Source: Leptolyngbyaceae cyanobacterium (GTDB taxonomy: Bacteria > Cyanobacteriota > Cyanobacteriia > Phormidesmidales > Phormidesmidaceae). Taken from it: a stretch of DNA of 64,000 nucleotides. The DNA lies in NCBI GenBank assembly GCA_965263355.1, contig CBDHHL010000014.1, positions 38,312-102,311 of the forward strand, in the 5' to 3' direction. Under the pieces are notes generated by a model. The model saw only the letters and a program-made list of their open reading frames with translations. It did no database searches and was not told where the DNA came from. Each line of letters begins with the position of its first letter. Positions within the stretch are counted from its first letter, which is position 1. Of this stretch, positions 49,561-57,690 are shown piece after piece. The position numbers were made by a program, and so were the translations under genes.

Positions 49561-51554
49561 TGGGTATAGTTCGCTATCTTCAAGGGCTTGCGGAATATCC
49601 TAATCTCAGTGAGTCTGATGTTGCTCAGACCCATGTCTATCATGCATTTGACCAGTCTGTAGATTCCGCTAGAGAGTATAACCTGCAATTATTTAACATA
49701 GGTGTTGATGTCTCGGTAGCACTTATACAATTCAACCCAGGAGATTCTAGCGGCCTTAAGCCGGTTATCTCTCCCTATGCGATATCGCATATTTATTCTC
49801 CAGGGACCTATTACCCGTCTTATGTGATTACGTTATCCGATGGATCTAGCTTCACTCAGCCGTTACCGGTGTTAGAGATCGAGTCTCGGACTGAGCTTTT
49901 CTTATTCGAGACAGCCGGAAGCTTTTCCTTCACCACACCTACCTATCCCCACACTCATATGTCGATATACGGGGTGGCCGGAGGTGGGGGCGGTGGCGGT
50001 GGCCAGTTCAACACGTTCTCTTTTGCTATTCTTTCAGGTGGCGGAGGTGGCGGAGGTGGCGCTGCTTTTGAGCTTGTACGTTGGCCCTATGGGACTGATT
50101 TAAGAGGCCAAAGTGTTACCGGTTCTGTAGGATCTGGGGGGAGCGCAGGGTCCGGAGGTGATGGTGGCCCGACACCAGGGGGCAGCGGGAGAAGCACTAT
50201 TATTAATGCCTGGGGTAACTTTCCGAGGATCCTTGCTCGCGGTGGCTCTGGTGGCCAGCACGCTAGTCTAACAAACCCTCAAGGGGGAGCCGGGGGCCAG
50301 GTCACCGAGGGCTTCGCCTCACTAGTCACTATTCCCGGTGGTAGGGGCGGCAATGGCGCTCGGGGGATAACCAACACTAACAACACCCCTGGTAATGGGG
50401 AATCTTCCGGAGGCACTGCTGGTGGCGGTGGTGGCGCTCACTCATCGGGAAATTTATTTCCGGCTAACGTTGCAACCGGGGCATCCGGTTCTAATAGTGC
50501 TCAGGAGATAACGCAAGATAACCCGAGAGTTTATGGCGATGGTGGCGATGGGGGCAATGCTCGGTTGTTCTTGAGCGCTCAATCAGGAGAATTAAGAGGT
50601 GGGGGCGGCGGCGGAGGTCCAGGGGCACCCGGCAATACGGGCATATCTCCCAGGGGAGGATCGGGGACTAGAGGATACGTCTTTTTTGTTTTTGAGGACC
50701 TGAGCCTGAGTGCTCCAGCGACAGCTGACGAGATCATACTATTTAACACTCCAGGGTCATTTAGTTTCACAGTGCCGGTCAACATTTATAGCGAATTTAG
50801 ACTATATGCCTCAGCTCCCGGTGGTGGCGGTGGTGGGGGCGCTCAAAGTGACTATAGTAACGGTAAATCCGGCGGTGGTGGCGGTGGCTCAGGAGATTCT
50901 TTAGAACTGGTGCAGGCATTTCCGCTATCACTGCAAGGGCAAACGATAACCGGGACTATCGGCAATCCTGGCCTTGGTGGATCTGCAAACTCTAACGGTT
51001 CATCTGGAGGCCAAGTAACCATAGATGCTGTAGGGCCGTTTGATGCCATAACGCTTAGGGGCGGTGTTGGGGGTGCTGCTGGCCAGACATCCACCGTTGA
51101 TACTGTAGACATAGCCGGAGGGTTAGGTGGTCCAGGGGGGAACGGCAGCTCTAGTATTCCTGGCATCGTCTATCGTAATGGTTCCCAAGGGGGCAACGGA
51201 GCCAGCGCGTTACCTAATGGACAGCTGGGGGCTACCCAGTCTCAAGGGGGCACAAGTAACGGGGGTCCGGGTTCTGGCAGTGGGGGAGGATCAGCCAGTG
51301 CGGGATCCGGTCCAACGGCGTTTGGTATCCCTGGTGGTGGCTCGGGCAATGGCGTCGTGATCCCTGATAAAGATAACCCTAACGCCTTTGGAGCCGGAGG
51401 TAAGGGGGGCAACTTTGGAGGCACTACGAATCCGGCTAGTGATGGCTCAGGCTATGGAGCTGGTGGGGGCGGAGGTACCGGTTCAGACGGTACTGTAGAT
51501 GCCTCAGGAGGTAACGGTGGGGGAGGATATGTGCTCATTGTTCTAGTTGCTTAA
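49560..51554 (+). CDS. Glycine-rich tail-fibre-like protein with two Gly-rich domains
   Basis: Two LF.T.GSFSFT.P...GGGGGGG...GGSG.V units. Confidence 0.75.
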   Translation: MGIVRYLQGLAEYPNLSESDVAQTHVYHAFDQSVDSAREYNLQLFNIGVDVSVALIQFNPGDSSGLKPVISPYAISHIYSPGTYYPSYVITLSDGSSFTQPLPVLEIESRTELFLFETAGSFSFTTPTYPHTHMSIYGVAGGGGGGGGQFNTFSFAILSGGGGGGGGAAFELVRWPYGTDLRGQSVTGSVGSGGSAGSGGDGGPTPGGSGRSTIINAWGNFPRILARGGSGGQHASLTNPQGGAGGQVTEGFASLVTIPGGRGGNGARGITNTNNTPGNGESSGGTAGGGGGAHSSGNLFPANVATGASGSNSAQEITQDNPRVYGDGGDGGNARLFLSAQSGELRGGGGGGGPGAPGNTGISPRGGSGTRGYVFFVFEDLSLSAPATADEIILFNTPGSFSFTVPVNIYSEFRLYASAPGGGGGGGAQSDYSNGKSGGGGGGSGDSLELVQAFPLSLQGQTITGTIGNPGLGGSANSNGSSGGQVTIDAVGPFDAITLRGGVGGAAGQTSTVDTVDIAGGLGGPGGNGSSSIPGIVYRNGSQGGNGASALPNGQLGATQSQGGTSNGGPGSGSGGGSASAGSGPTAFGIPGGGSGNGVVIPDKDNPNAFGAGGKGGNFGGTTNPASDGSGYGAGGGGGTGSDGTVDASGGNGGGGYVLIVLVA

Positions 51555-51628
51555 TCTTCTGAAAACCAGGGTGTGTTATTAGAGAGAGAGACCATGGATT
51601 TATATTGAACTAAAAATGGTTTAATTTG

Positions 51629-52372
51629 ATGCCTGATGCAGCATTAGCAAGAGCTGGATTTGAATTCAATCCTGATCCCGTCATCTTTGGGGATTCACAA
51701 CGCAAAATAGTCCTTGCTAATCCAGCGGCGGCTAGACTTTTTGAGTACGAAAATCCAACGGCAATGGTTGGGTTGAAAGTTTACAGCTTGGTTCCCGAAT
51801 CTCTTATATCAGAAAGCGCTCATGACAGAATGTATGACGCGTTTCTACGTGGTCAGAGGACCCGTGATATGGGTTCTGAAGCTCCGCTTTTTGGCAAAAC
51901 ACGAATGGGACGACAGATCCCTATCTGGCTACGACTATTTATTGTCAATCACGAAGGTGAAACTTATGTTGGCGAAGTCGTTCGAGATCGTACAGAATAT
52001 TTACGCCAAGAAGAACAAATAAAGGAGCAAGAGCAACAGGAGCGAGATTTGATCTTGCAATTGGAGAAATCCAATAAAGAACTGAAAGCGTCCAACAAGG
52101 ATATGCAAGTTCAATTGCGGCAATCTGAGCTACAAGAACTCGTCGTTAAGTGGCTGATCTATGCGGGTGTTTTTTTCTATCTGACCCCATTTTTATTAAG
52201 TATTTTTAGGCGAGTGCCAACGGAACTGATGTCTTTTGGCAGAGACGCTACGATCCTAGTGATCGGGGCGCTCGTTAATGCGACCGGTGCAGCTGTTGGT
52301 ATCGTATCAAAGGCTAAGGACATGGCTAATGAAAAGTCAATAGATAGCAAAACTCCTAATGCGAAACGATAG
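51629..52372 (+). CDS. PAS domain, coiled coil and two-TM protein
   Basis: IVLANPAAARLFEY...LVP...H...G.T..G..IPI...VVRDRTE PAS/PAC pattern; C-terminal TM pair. Confidence 0.8.
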   Translation: MPDAALARAGFEFNPDPVIFGDSQRKIVLANPAAARLFEYENPTAMVGLKVYSLVPESLISESAHDRMYDAFLRGQRTRDMGSEAPLFGKTRMGRQIPIWLRLFIVNHEGETYVGEVVRDRTEYLRQEEQIKEQEQQERDLILQLEKSNKELKASNKDMQVQLRQSELQELVVKWLIYAGVFFYLTPFLLSIFRRVPTELMSFGRDATILVIGALVNATGAAVGIVSKAKDMANEKSIDSKTPNAKR

Positions 52373-52994
52373 AGCATTGTTTCCATTCCTTAGAACACAA
52401 TTGGGTCGGGCGTTCATAATCGTATCGATTGGGTTATTTTTTGGCCTAGTTCTTTTCTGGACGAGTCACACTCAGTTTAGCGAGGCTTGCTTGCAAATCA
52501 AAACGCCTGGTTCTATAGCGCAGGGGATAGCCCGAGGTCTTATATATCAGCAAAGTATTGAGGACGTAATAACCTCCATGGGCGATAGGCTGAACGCTCA
52601 ATGGGTGGGGTCATTTTTGTACGACGAGGACCAACGTCGGCGCTTTAGTTTTGCGATCGCACGGATCGGAGTGCCAGTATCAGCAACTTACGGGTGGCTG
52701 GACATCCAGCAAGAGGATATATATCTAGAGCAACTTGATTACCATAAGTTAGGCCAGTGCTGGGTCAAGCCTACCAAGGATCTCCCAGAAGGCCTATTGA
52801 AGCAGCAACTTGAGCCCAATAACATCCAACTAACTATCTCCTGTCCTATATTGGCTCAGAATGGCGATACATTTGGATATGTAGCCTTTGGCTTCGATAG
52901 AGTCATGGCAAACAAAGAAACTGTTGCGGAGTCTATTAGGGCGAGCCCTATCTTCGCTTTTGATGCAAGTAATGCAGGCTTTTTCGGGAATTAA
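52359..52994 (+). CDS. Membrane-anchored GAF-like protein
   Basis: N-terminal TM; ISCPILAQNGDTFGYVAFGF GAF-type strands. Confidence 0.55.
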   Translation: MRNDRALFPFLRTQLGRAFIIVSIGLFFGLVLFWTSHTQFSEACLQIKTPGSIAQGIARGLIYQQSIEDVITSMGDRLNAQWVGSFLYDEDQRRRFSFAIARIGVPVSATYGWLDIQQEDIYLEQLDYHKLGQCWVKPTKDLPEGLLKQQLEPNNIQLTISCPILAQNGDTFGYVAFGFDRVMANKETVAESIRASPIFAFDASNAGFFGN

Positions 52995-52997
52995 TCA

Positions 52998-54155
52998 ATG
53001 AAATACATCATCGAGACATCAGATCAATTTCAAAATGCACTCAAAGTTGCTGAGGCAAGCGATCGTATCCTGCTAAAGTCTGGCGTTTATCAACATGAAG
53101 AATACAACACTTCATGGGAAACACGGACCCGTGGAAATGCTTTTTTTGCTAGTGGGCTAAAAGGAACAGCCGAAGCTCCAATTAGGATAATGCCGTTTGG
53201 GGATGGCCCTGTGACTATACTTTCTGACGTGAATGGTTTAGCGATAAAAGATTCTAAGTATATTATTATCGAGGGCATAGAGTTTATAGGGCCGAACTCA
53301 AAGCTGAGTACTGAGCAAGCTTTAGAGGTCTGGTGGAACGAAAACCCTATAATGATAACGGGCAGAGGAATTGCCTTAAATCGTTGCAGCAATATCGATA
53401 TAACAAGATGCCGAGTGCATCATTTCCCAGGGGCGGGAATATCCAGCAAGCACGGTTACGATATCAGCATTTACGATAACGCTATCTATAACAATTGCTG
53501 GTTCTCAATATCAGGATCGCATGGTATCGCGAATAGCGAGCCTAAAGGGCCTAGCGGATCTTCAATGAAGATCTACCGTAACCTGGTTTTTGGGAACCAA
53601 TGCTGTGTTATATCAAGGGTATTTTCCAAGGGTTATGTCACTTTGGCGTTAGACGAAGGCAACGGTATTCACTTTCAGAATGATGAAAAGATTTATAGGG
53701 GCGGGCTGCTGATAAAAGAGAACATTAGCGTGTTTAACGGGAAGGCAGGAATAGGCCTTAACAGAGTGTCGACACATCAGCTAGACTCAGCCATCATAAA
53801 AGATAATCTGCTAGCCGGTAACTGCATAACAACAGACTCAGGACAGCTCAGTGAGCGAGAAAGTCAAGTCTCTTTTATCCGGAACATATTGGGCGGTGAA
53901 CCCTACGTTAAGAGCATAGGGTTCTCTACAAGCGATTACGCTAGCAATATAGAGGCACCCGAGTTCGCTAGTCTATCGGATTTACTTCCTCCCGAAGGGG
54001 CAGAACTTAGAGAGACTTATACTAATATCTTGTCTCAGTTTAGTATGTTCGTTGCGCCCTGCGACCAGGAGATAAACTTGGAAAGCATGATAAAAAAGAT
54101 AAAAGATACTCAGCCAGCGGATATGGCGCATATAGAGTTTATAGAGCATTGCTAA
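52998..54155 (+). CDS. Right-handed parallel beta-helix (pectin-lyase-like) protein
   Basis: D.ILLKSG.Y, GTAEAPI.I, YIIIEGIEF, GI/N-ladder repeats and DEGNGI. Confidence 0.75.
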   Translation: MKYIIETSDQFQNALKVAEASDRILLKSGVYQHEEYNTSWETRTRGNAFFASGLKGTAEAPIRIMPFGDGPVTILSDVNGLAIKDSKYIIIEGIEFIGPNSKLSTEQALEVWWNENPIMITGRGIALNRCSNIDITRCRVHHFPGAGISSKHGYDISIYDNAIYNNCWFSISGSHGIANSEPKGPSGSSMKIYRNLVFGNQCCVISRVFSKGYVTLALDEGNGIHFQNDEKIYRGGLLIKENISVFNGKAGIGLNRVSTHQLDSAIIKDNLLAGNCITTDSGQLSERESQVSFIRNILGGEPYVKSIGFSTSDYASNIEAPEFASLSDLLPPEGAELRETYTNILSQFSMFVAPCDQEINLESMIKKIKDTQPADMAHIEFIEHC

Positions 54156-54342
54156 GTTTCAGTCCCTTAACAGGGATTAAAGCTTTAGCAGCCTTCATCT
54201 AAGGCCATGGTTGCGAAGCACTTAGAGAAGTTTCAGTCCCTGTTAAGGGATTAAAGCTTTAGCAGCTAGGGTTCTCTACAAGCGATTACGCTAGCAATAT
54301 CAAGAGTTTCAGTCCCTGTTAAGGGATTAAAGCTTTAGCAGC
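54156..54342 (-). CRISPR. CRISPR mini-array: three 37-nt repeats and two spacers (37 and 39 nt)
   Basis: Repeats at 54156-54192, 54230-54266 and 54306-54342. Minus-strand consensus GCTGCTAAAGCTTTAATCCCTTAACAGGGACTGAAAC has an internal hairpin and a GAAAC end. Confidence 0.92.
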
Positions 54343-54662
54343 TGCATAAGCTGCATCCCTTTAGCAGCAAGGCTTTATGAGCGATTCTGGCAAAGCTCAG
54401 AAAATGGCAATCCTGCCAAAGCTTTAATCTCTGTTTTTCAAGGTTGTTTTTTAGCATCGCTTAGCTTTGCCAAAAAAAGATGAGACTGTTCGCCATAGAT
54501 CCGGCGAATCTATAAGGGCCTTACGGACTCCTTTTGCTCCTATCTTGCCTTTCGGCTGGTGTTTGCCAGTTTCCCAGCAAAAGATGCCCATAGCCCCCTA
54601 AAGAGCCTTAGCGCTGAAGCCATCCAACAACGTTTCCGCTGCCTTGTCGCCCAAACTGCGAT
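54343..54662 (-). ncRNA. Putative leader/tracrRNA-like RNA containing an anti-repeat
   Basis: 54413-54432 matches the repeat at 18/20 in inverted orientation; leftward promoter at 54698-54669; no long ORF. Confidence 0.5.
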
Positions 54663-54668
54663 GTCCTT

Positions 54669-54698
54669 ATATTAGCGTGCTATGATTTTGTACGTCAA
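54669..54698. promoter_or_regulatory. Overlapping divergent promoters
   Basis: Minus strand TTGACG-N18-TAATAT; plus strand TGC-TATGAT extended -10 at 54678-54686. Confidence 0.55.
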
Positions 54699-54714
54699 GC
54701 ATTTTTTAATATAA

Positions 54715-54891
54715 ATGGGGAAAGAGAATAGAGAAGGCAGGATTTACGCCCGCATCAAGCAAAGTCGCAAACAAAAGCTAGAGCAATATTGTAAGCTTTG
54801 GAATATATCGATCGCTGACCTATTGGAACGCTTTATTGATATGCTGCCAGAACTCCCGAAAATAGACGCACAAAACAATGAAGACAATTAA
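54715..54891 (+). CDS. Ribbon-helix-helix regulator, 58 aa, not in the ORF track
   Basis: MGKENREGRIYARIKQSRKQKLEQYCKLWNISIADLLERFIDMLP...; overlaps the nuclease start. Confidence 0.75.
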   Translation: MGKENREGRIYARIKQSRKQKLEQYCKLWNISIADLLERFIDMLPELPKIDAQNNEDN

Positions 54892-56611
54892 AGTAAAAGT
54901 TCAGCCAACTCCGGAGACGCTAATTAAATACGAGAAAATTTGCAGAGAACTTGAATGGCTATGGAACTATGTAAGGGCCGTAGCCTTACATAATCATTGC
55001 CTTGAATGGTATGCGTGGGCCGAGGGGAAAGGCGCTAACTTGTCAGGCTGCATTAAAACGCCGCTACGCTTTTCAAAGAATGGCGGATGGATTGGAGCAG
55101 CTTGTCAGATTGCTAAAGGAGGGCCATATTTTAAGAAGTCAGATAAAGCTCCTTTGATTCACTATGACGATGGCAAAACGAAACAAGGCTATGAATTAGT
55201 GGCTGGGGATAAGCCATATGAGCCAATAAAGCCAGAGCGTCATAGATATCGCGAAGTCTCTTATTCCAGTAAAGGTACCTCAATAACCCGTTCCAGTAAA
55301 AGCACCTCAATAACCCGCGAGCTAAAAGGAAAAGGTTGGGGCCTAGACAATATGGCGTTACTAAATGCGTCACGAAGTTCTCAGGGTCTTGATGAATTAA
55401 CTTGCCATAGCGATTTTGTTGGAGGGCTACTAGCTGACTTTGAAGTTGCCTGGGATGCGTATTTAAACACAAAACTGCCTGCCAGAAAGCAGCCAAAGTA
55501 TAAGGACGGCAAGCAACGTAAAATTAGCACGTTGAACAATAATCAAAAAACTATCCCGTTCAAAAAAGGACAATTCAACGGTCAAGGCTTAGTTTTAGAG
55601 CCGTGCGATCGCAGCTATAAAAAAAGGCTTGAAGGCTACGTAACAAAAACTTATAAGTTGACATTAAAGCCGAGCGGCTTCTATTTATGCTTAATTGCTC
55701 AAAGTGAAGCGGAAGAAGAGAATAGATTAAAACTCAAACAGCAAGGAAAAGCTTTAAGTTCTATCAAGAAAAAAATTCTTGATAGCATTAAAGGGAAGAA
55801 AGAACAAACTAAGGCATTAGCTAACAGTGAAGAATATCAAGCGGCATTAGCCAAGAAAAAGTCAATAGAGAATGAGTTGCCATACTTGCTAATAGAAGAC
55901 TCAAAATGCGCTAAACGAACCGGGCATATGGCGGGCATTGACCCTGGGATTAAGGCAATTGTAGCGACTGACGAAGGTCATTTATTTAATCCTAACGAAA
56001 GCCGAGAACGCATACAAAATCATATTGAAAAGCTGCAATCTAAGCTTGACATTATGACTGAAAAAAATGATAAGCGGCTAGACCAAATATGGAAGCGTGG
56101 GCAGCGTGAAGCCACTAATAACGAGCAAAAACTTAGAGATAAAATATCCAGGCTGCATGAACGAGCTGCTAATAGTTCAAACGCGTTTAATCATAAGTTA
56201 TCAACCAGGTTAGCAAGAACTTATGATGTCATCGCCTGGGAGGCTACGGCGTTAACTAACATGGGGAGACAGACAACGCCTAAATTAGCTGAAGATGGAA
56301 GTTGTTACGAGCAAAACGGCAGAGCAGCCAAGGCAGGATTGAACAGATCTTTGAAAACAGCTTGCATGGGTGACCTTAGAGCTAAGACAAAATCTAAATT
56401 AAAGGAAGCCGGGAAAACGTATGCAGAAACCGAAGCTAGATACTCCTCCCAACGCTGTCATTGTTGTGGGGGAAAAGGCATTAGGCCGACTCAAGACACG
56501 TTTATTTGTTTGAATGAACAATGTGATTTATTCAATGAGAAACAAAACGCAGATACTAACGCTGCTAAAAATCACAAGAACAATGGCTTGAAGATGCTTA
56601 AGGTTGGTTGA
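54878..56611 (+). CDS. CRISPR-associated TnpB-derived type V effector (Cas12/C2c8-like), 577 aa
   Basis: RuvC-I GIDPG, RuvC-II AWE, CHCC...C...C zinc finger and RuvC-III NADTNAAKN; adjacent to the array, no tnpA. Confidence 0.8.
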   Translation: MKTIKVKVQPTPETLIKYEKICRELEWLWNYVRAVALHNHCLEWYAWAEGKGANLSGCIKTPLRFSKNGGWIGAACQIAKGGPYFKKSDKAPLIHYDDGKTKQGYELVAGDKPYEPIKPERHRYREVSYSSKGTSITRSSKSTSITRELKGKGWGLDNMALLNASRSSQGLDELTCHSDFVGGLLADFEVAWDAYLNTKLPARKQPKYKDGKQRKISTLNNNQKTIPFKKGQFNGQGLVLEPCDRSYKKRLEGYVTKTYKLTLKPSGFYLCLIAQSEAEEENRLKLKQQGKALSSIKKKILDSIKGKKEQTKALANSEEYQAALAKKKSIENELPYLLIEDSKCAKRTGHMAGIDPGIKAIVATDEGHLFNPNESRERIQNHIEKLQSKLDIMTEKNDKRLDQIWKRGQREATNNEQKLRDKISRLHERAANSSNAFNHKLSTRLARTYDVIAWEATALTNMGRQTTPKLAEDGSCYEQNGRAAKAGLNRSLKTACMGDLRAKTKSKLKEAGKTYAETEARYSSQRCHCCGGKGIRPTQDTFICLNEQCDLFNEKQNADTNAAKNHKNNGLKMLKVG

Positions 56612-56700
56612 GCATCAGCGGAAATGCTATGATTGGCAGCAGCTGACAATATTGGAACTATTGGCAGCTGCTTAACCACAAACTTAACGGAAGTAAGTAC

Positions 56701-57426
56701 ATGGCTAATACAGATATTACCGCATTCAATTGCGATGGAGAATTAGTAGTTGATTCTAGGCTGATTGCAGAACGGCTAGGAATTGATCATTCTAATTTCT
56801 TAGAAACTATCGAAAAGCACAGAACCATTGCTACGCAGGCGTTTGGAATTTTCAGGTTTGAAACGGAGAAATTAAATGGGCCGGGACGACGCCCCAAATA
56901 CTGCCTACTCAACGAAGATCAAGCGACCTTCGTTATGACATTGAGTCGCAATACGCCAGATGTCGTAAAATGCAAAGTCGAACTAATACAAGCATTTTCA
57001 AAAGCTAAAGCTGCGCTCAAAGCTTTAGTTCAGCCTACTGAAAATTTAGCAATTGAAGCATGGGTTCTTGACCATCCTCAGCAATGGGAAGAGCACTTTT
57101 TCCCAGAATGGAGGGCTGAAGCTGAGCGATTAACCGGATGGCGCTGGAGCTACCGTTGTATGTCAGGCTTCATCAATAAAGCTGTTTACGATTGGATGCC
57201 TAAAGCTGTTCTAGACAGGCTGAATGAAGTAAACCCGCAAGATACCAAAGGACGTAGAAAGTCAAAGCAACATCAGTACCTGACAGATGACGCTGATACT
57301 CAGGTCTTAAAAGACTATATTCGCACGTCATACGAACTAATGATTGTATGTGGAGAAAAGACAGAGTTTCTTCGACTTATCCGCAATCGACATACAAAAG
57401 TAATTCAGCCCTGGTTATTTGCCTGA
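56701..57426 (+). CDS. Rha-family N-terminal plus P63C-like C-terminal phage regulatory protein
   Basis: VDSRLIAE...LNEDQATFVM...K.ELI.AF and W...F...VYD.MP...HQYLT motifs. Confidence 0.75.
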   Translation: MANTDITAFNCDGELVVDSRLIAERLGIDHSNFLETIEKHRTIATQAFGIFRFETEKLNGPGRRPKYCLLNEDQATFVMTLSRNTPDVVKCKVELIQAFSKAKAALKALVQPTENLAIEAWVLDHPQQWEEHFFPEWRAEAERLTGWRWSYRCMSGFINKAVYDWMPKAVLDRLNEVNPQDTKGRRKSKQHQYLTDDADTQVLKDYIRTSYELMIVCGEKTEFLRLIRNRHTKVIQPWLFA

Positions 57427-57454
57427 TTAAAAGAAACTCTCAACAATAAGGAAA

Positions 57455-57688
57455 ATGAATTTTTTCAACAACAAAAAAGAAACCCGACACTCTGCCGTGT
57501 CAAAACAACATTGTGACGACATGGCAAAAAGATACGGCTGGGAGCAACCTGAAGAAGACAAAGATCGCTACGAAAAAAGAAATTGTTCTATCTTGCCGAT
57601 AGACTGTATTTTCATAGGCGATTGCCAGTTCCCAGTCAGTTCAATGGATCAAAGTCAAGGCGATATACACAACGGAGAGGAGGAGTAA
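57455..57688 (+). CDS. Hypothetical protein
   Basis: AAGGA RBS; 77 aa. Confidence 0.55.
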   Translation: MNFFNNKKETRHSAVSKQHCDDMAKRYGWEQPEEDKDRYEKRNCSILPIDCIFIGDCQFPVSSMDQSQGDIHNGEEE

Positions 57689-57690
57689 TC

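Noticed and set aside
49960..51530. GGT/GGC-rich stretches as DNA repeats or G-quadruplex elements
   Set aside because: Explained by the poly-glycine coding of the fibre protein.
54193..54229. Spacer 1 similarity to 58368-58390 (AAGGCCATGGT on the minus strand)
   Set aside because: Only 11 contiguous nt match and a gap is needed to extend; compatible with chance. No convincing target for spacer 1 was found in the window.
54878..56611. Nuclease-dead TldR/Cas12k/Cas12m-type repressor or CAST
   Set aside because: All three RuvC acidic residues appear present and no tnsB/tnsC/tniQ genes are nearby. Activity still needs testing.
56638..56672. Inverted repeat after the Cas12-like gene as an IS right end or omegaRNA
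   Set aside because: GCAGCTGACAATA/TATTGGCAGCTGC has no matching left-end hairpin and fits a terminator or leader of the Rha gene equally well; left unassigned.
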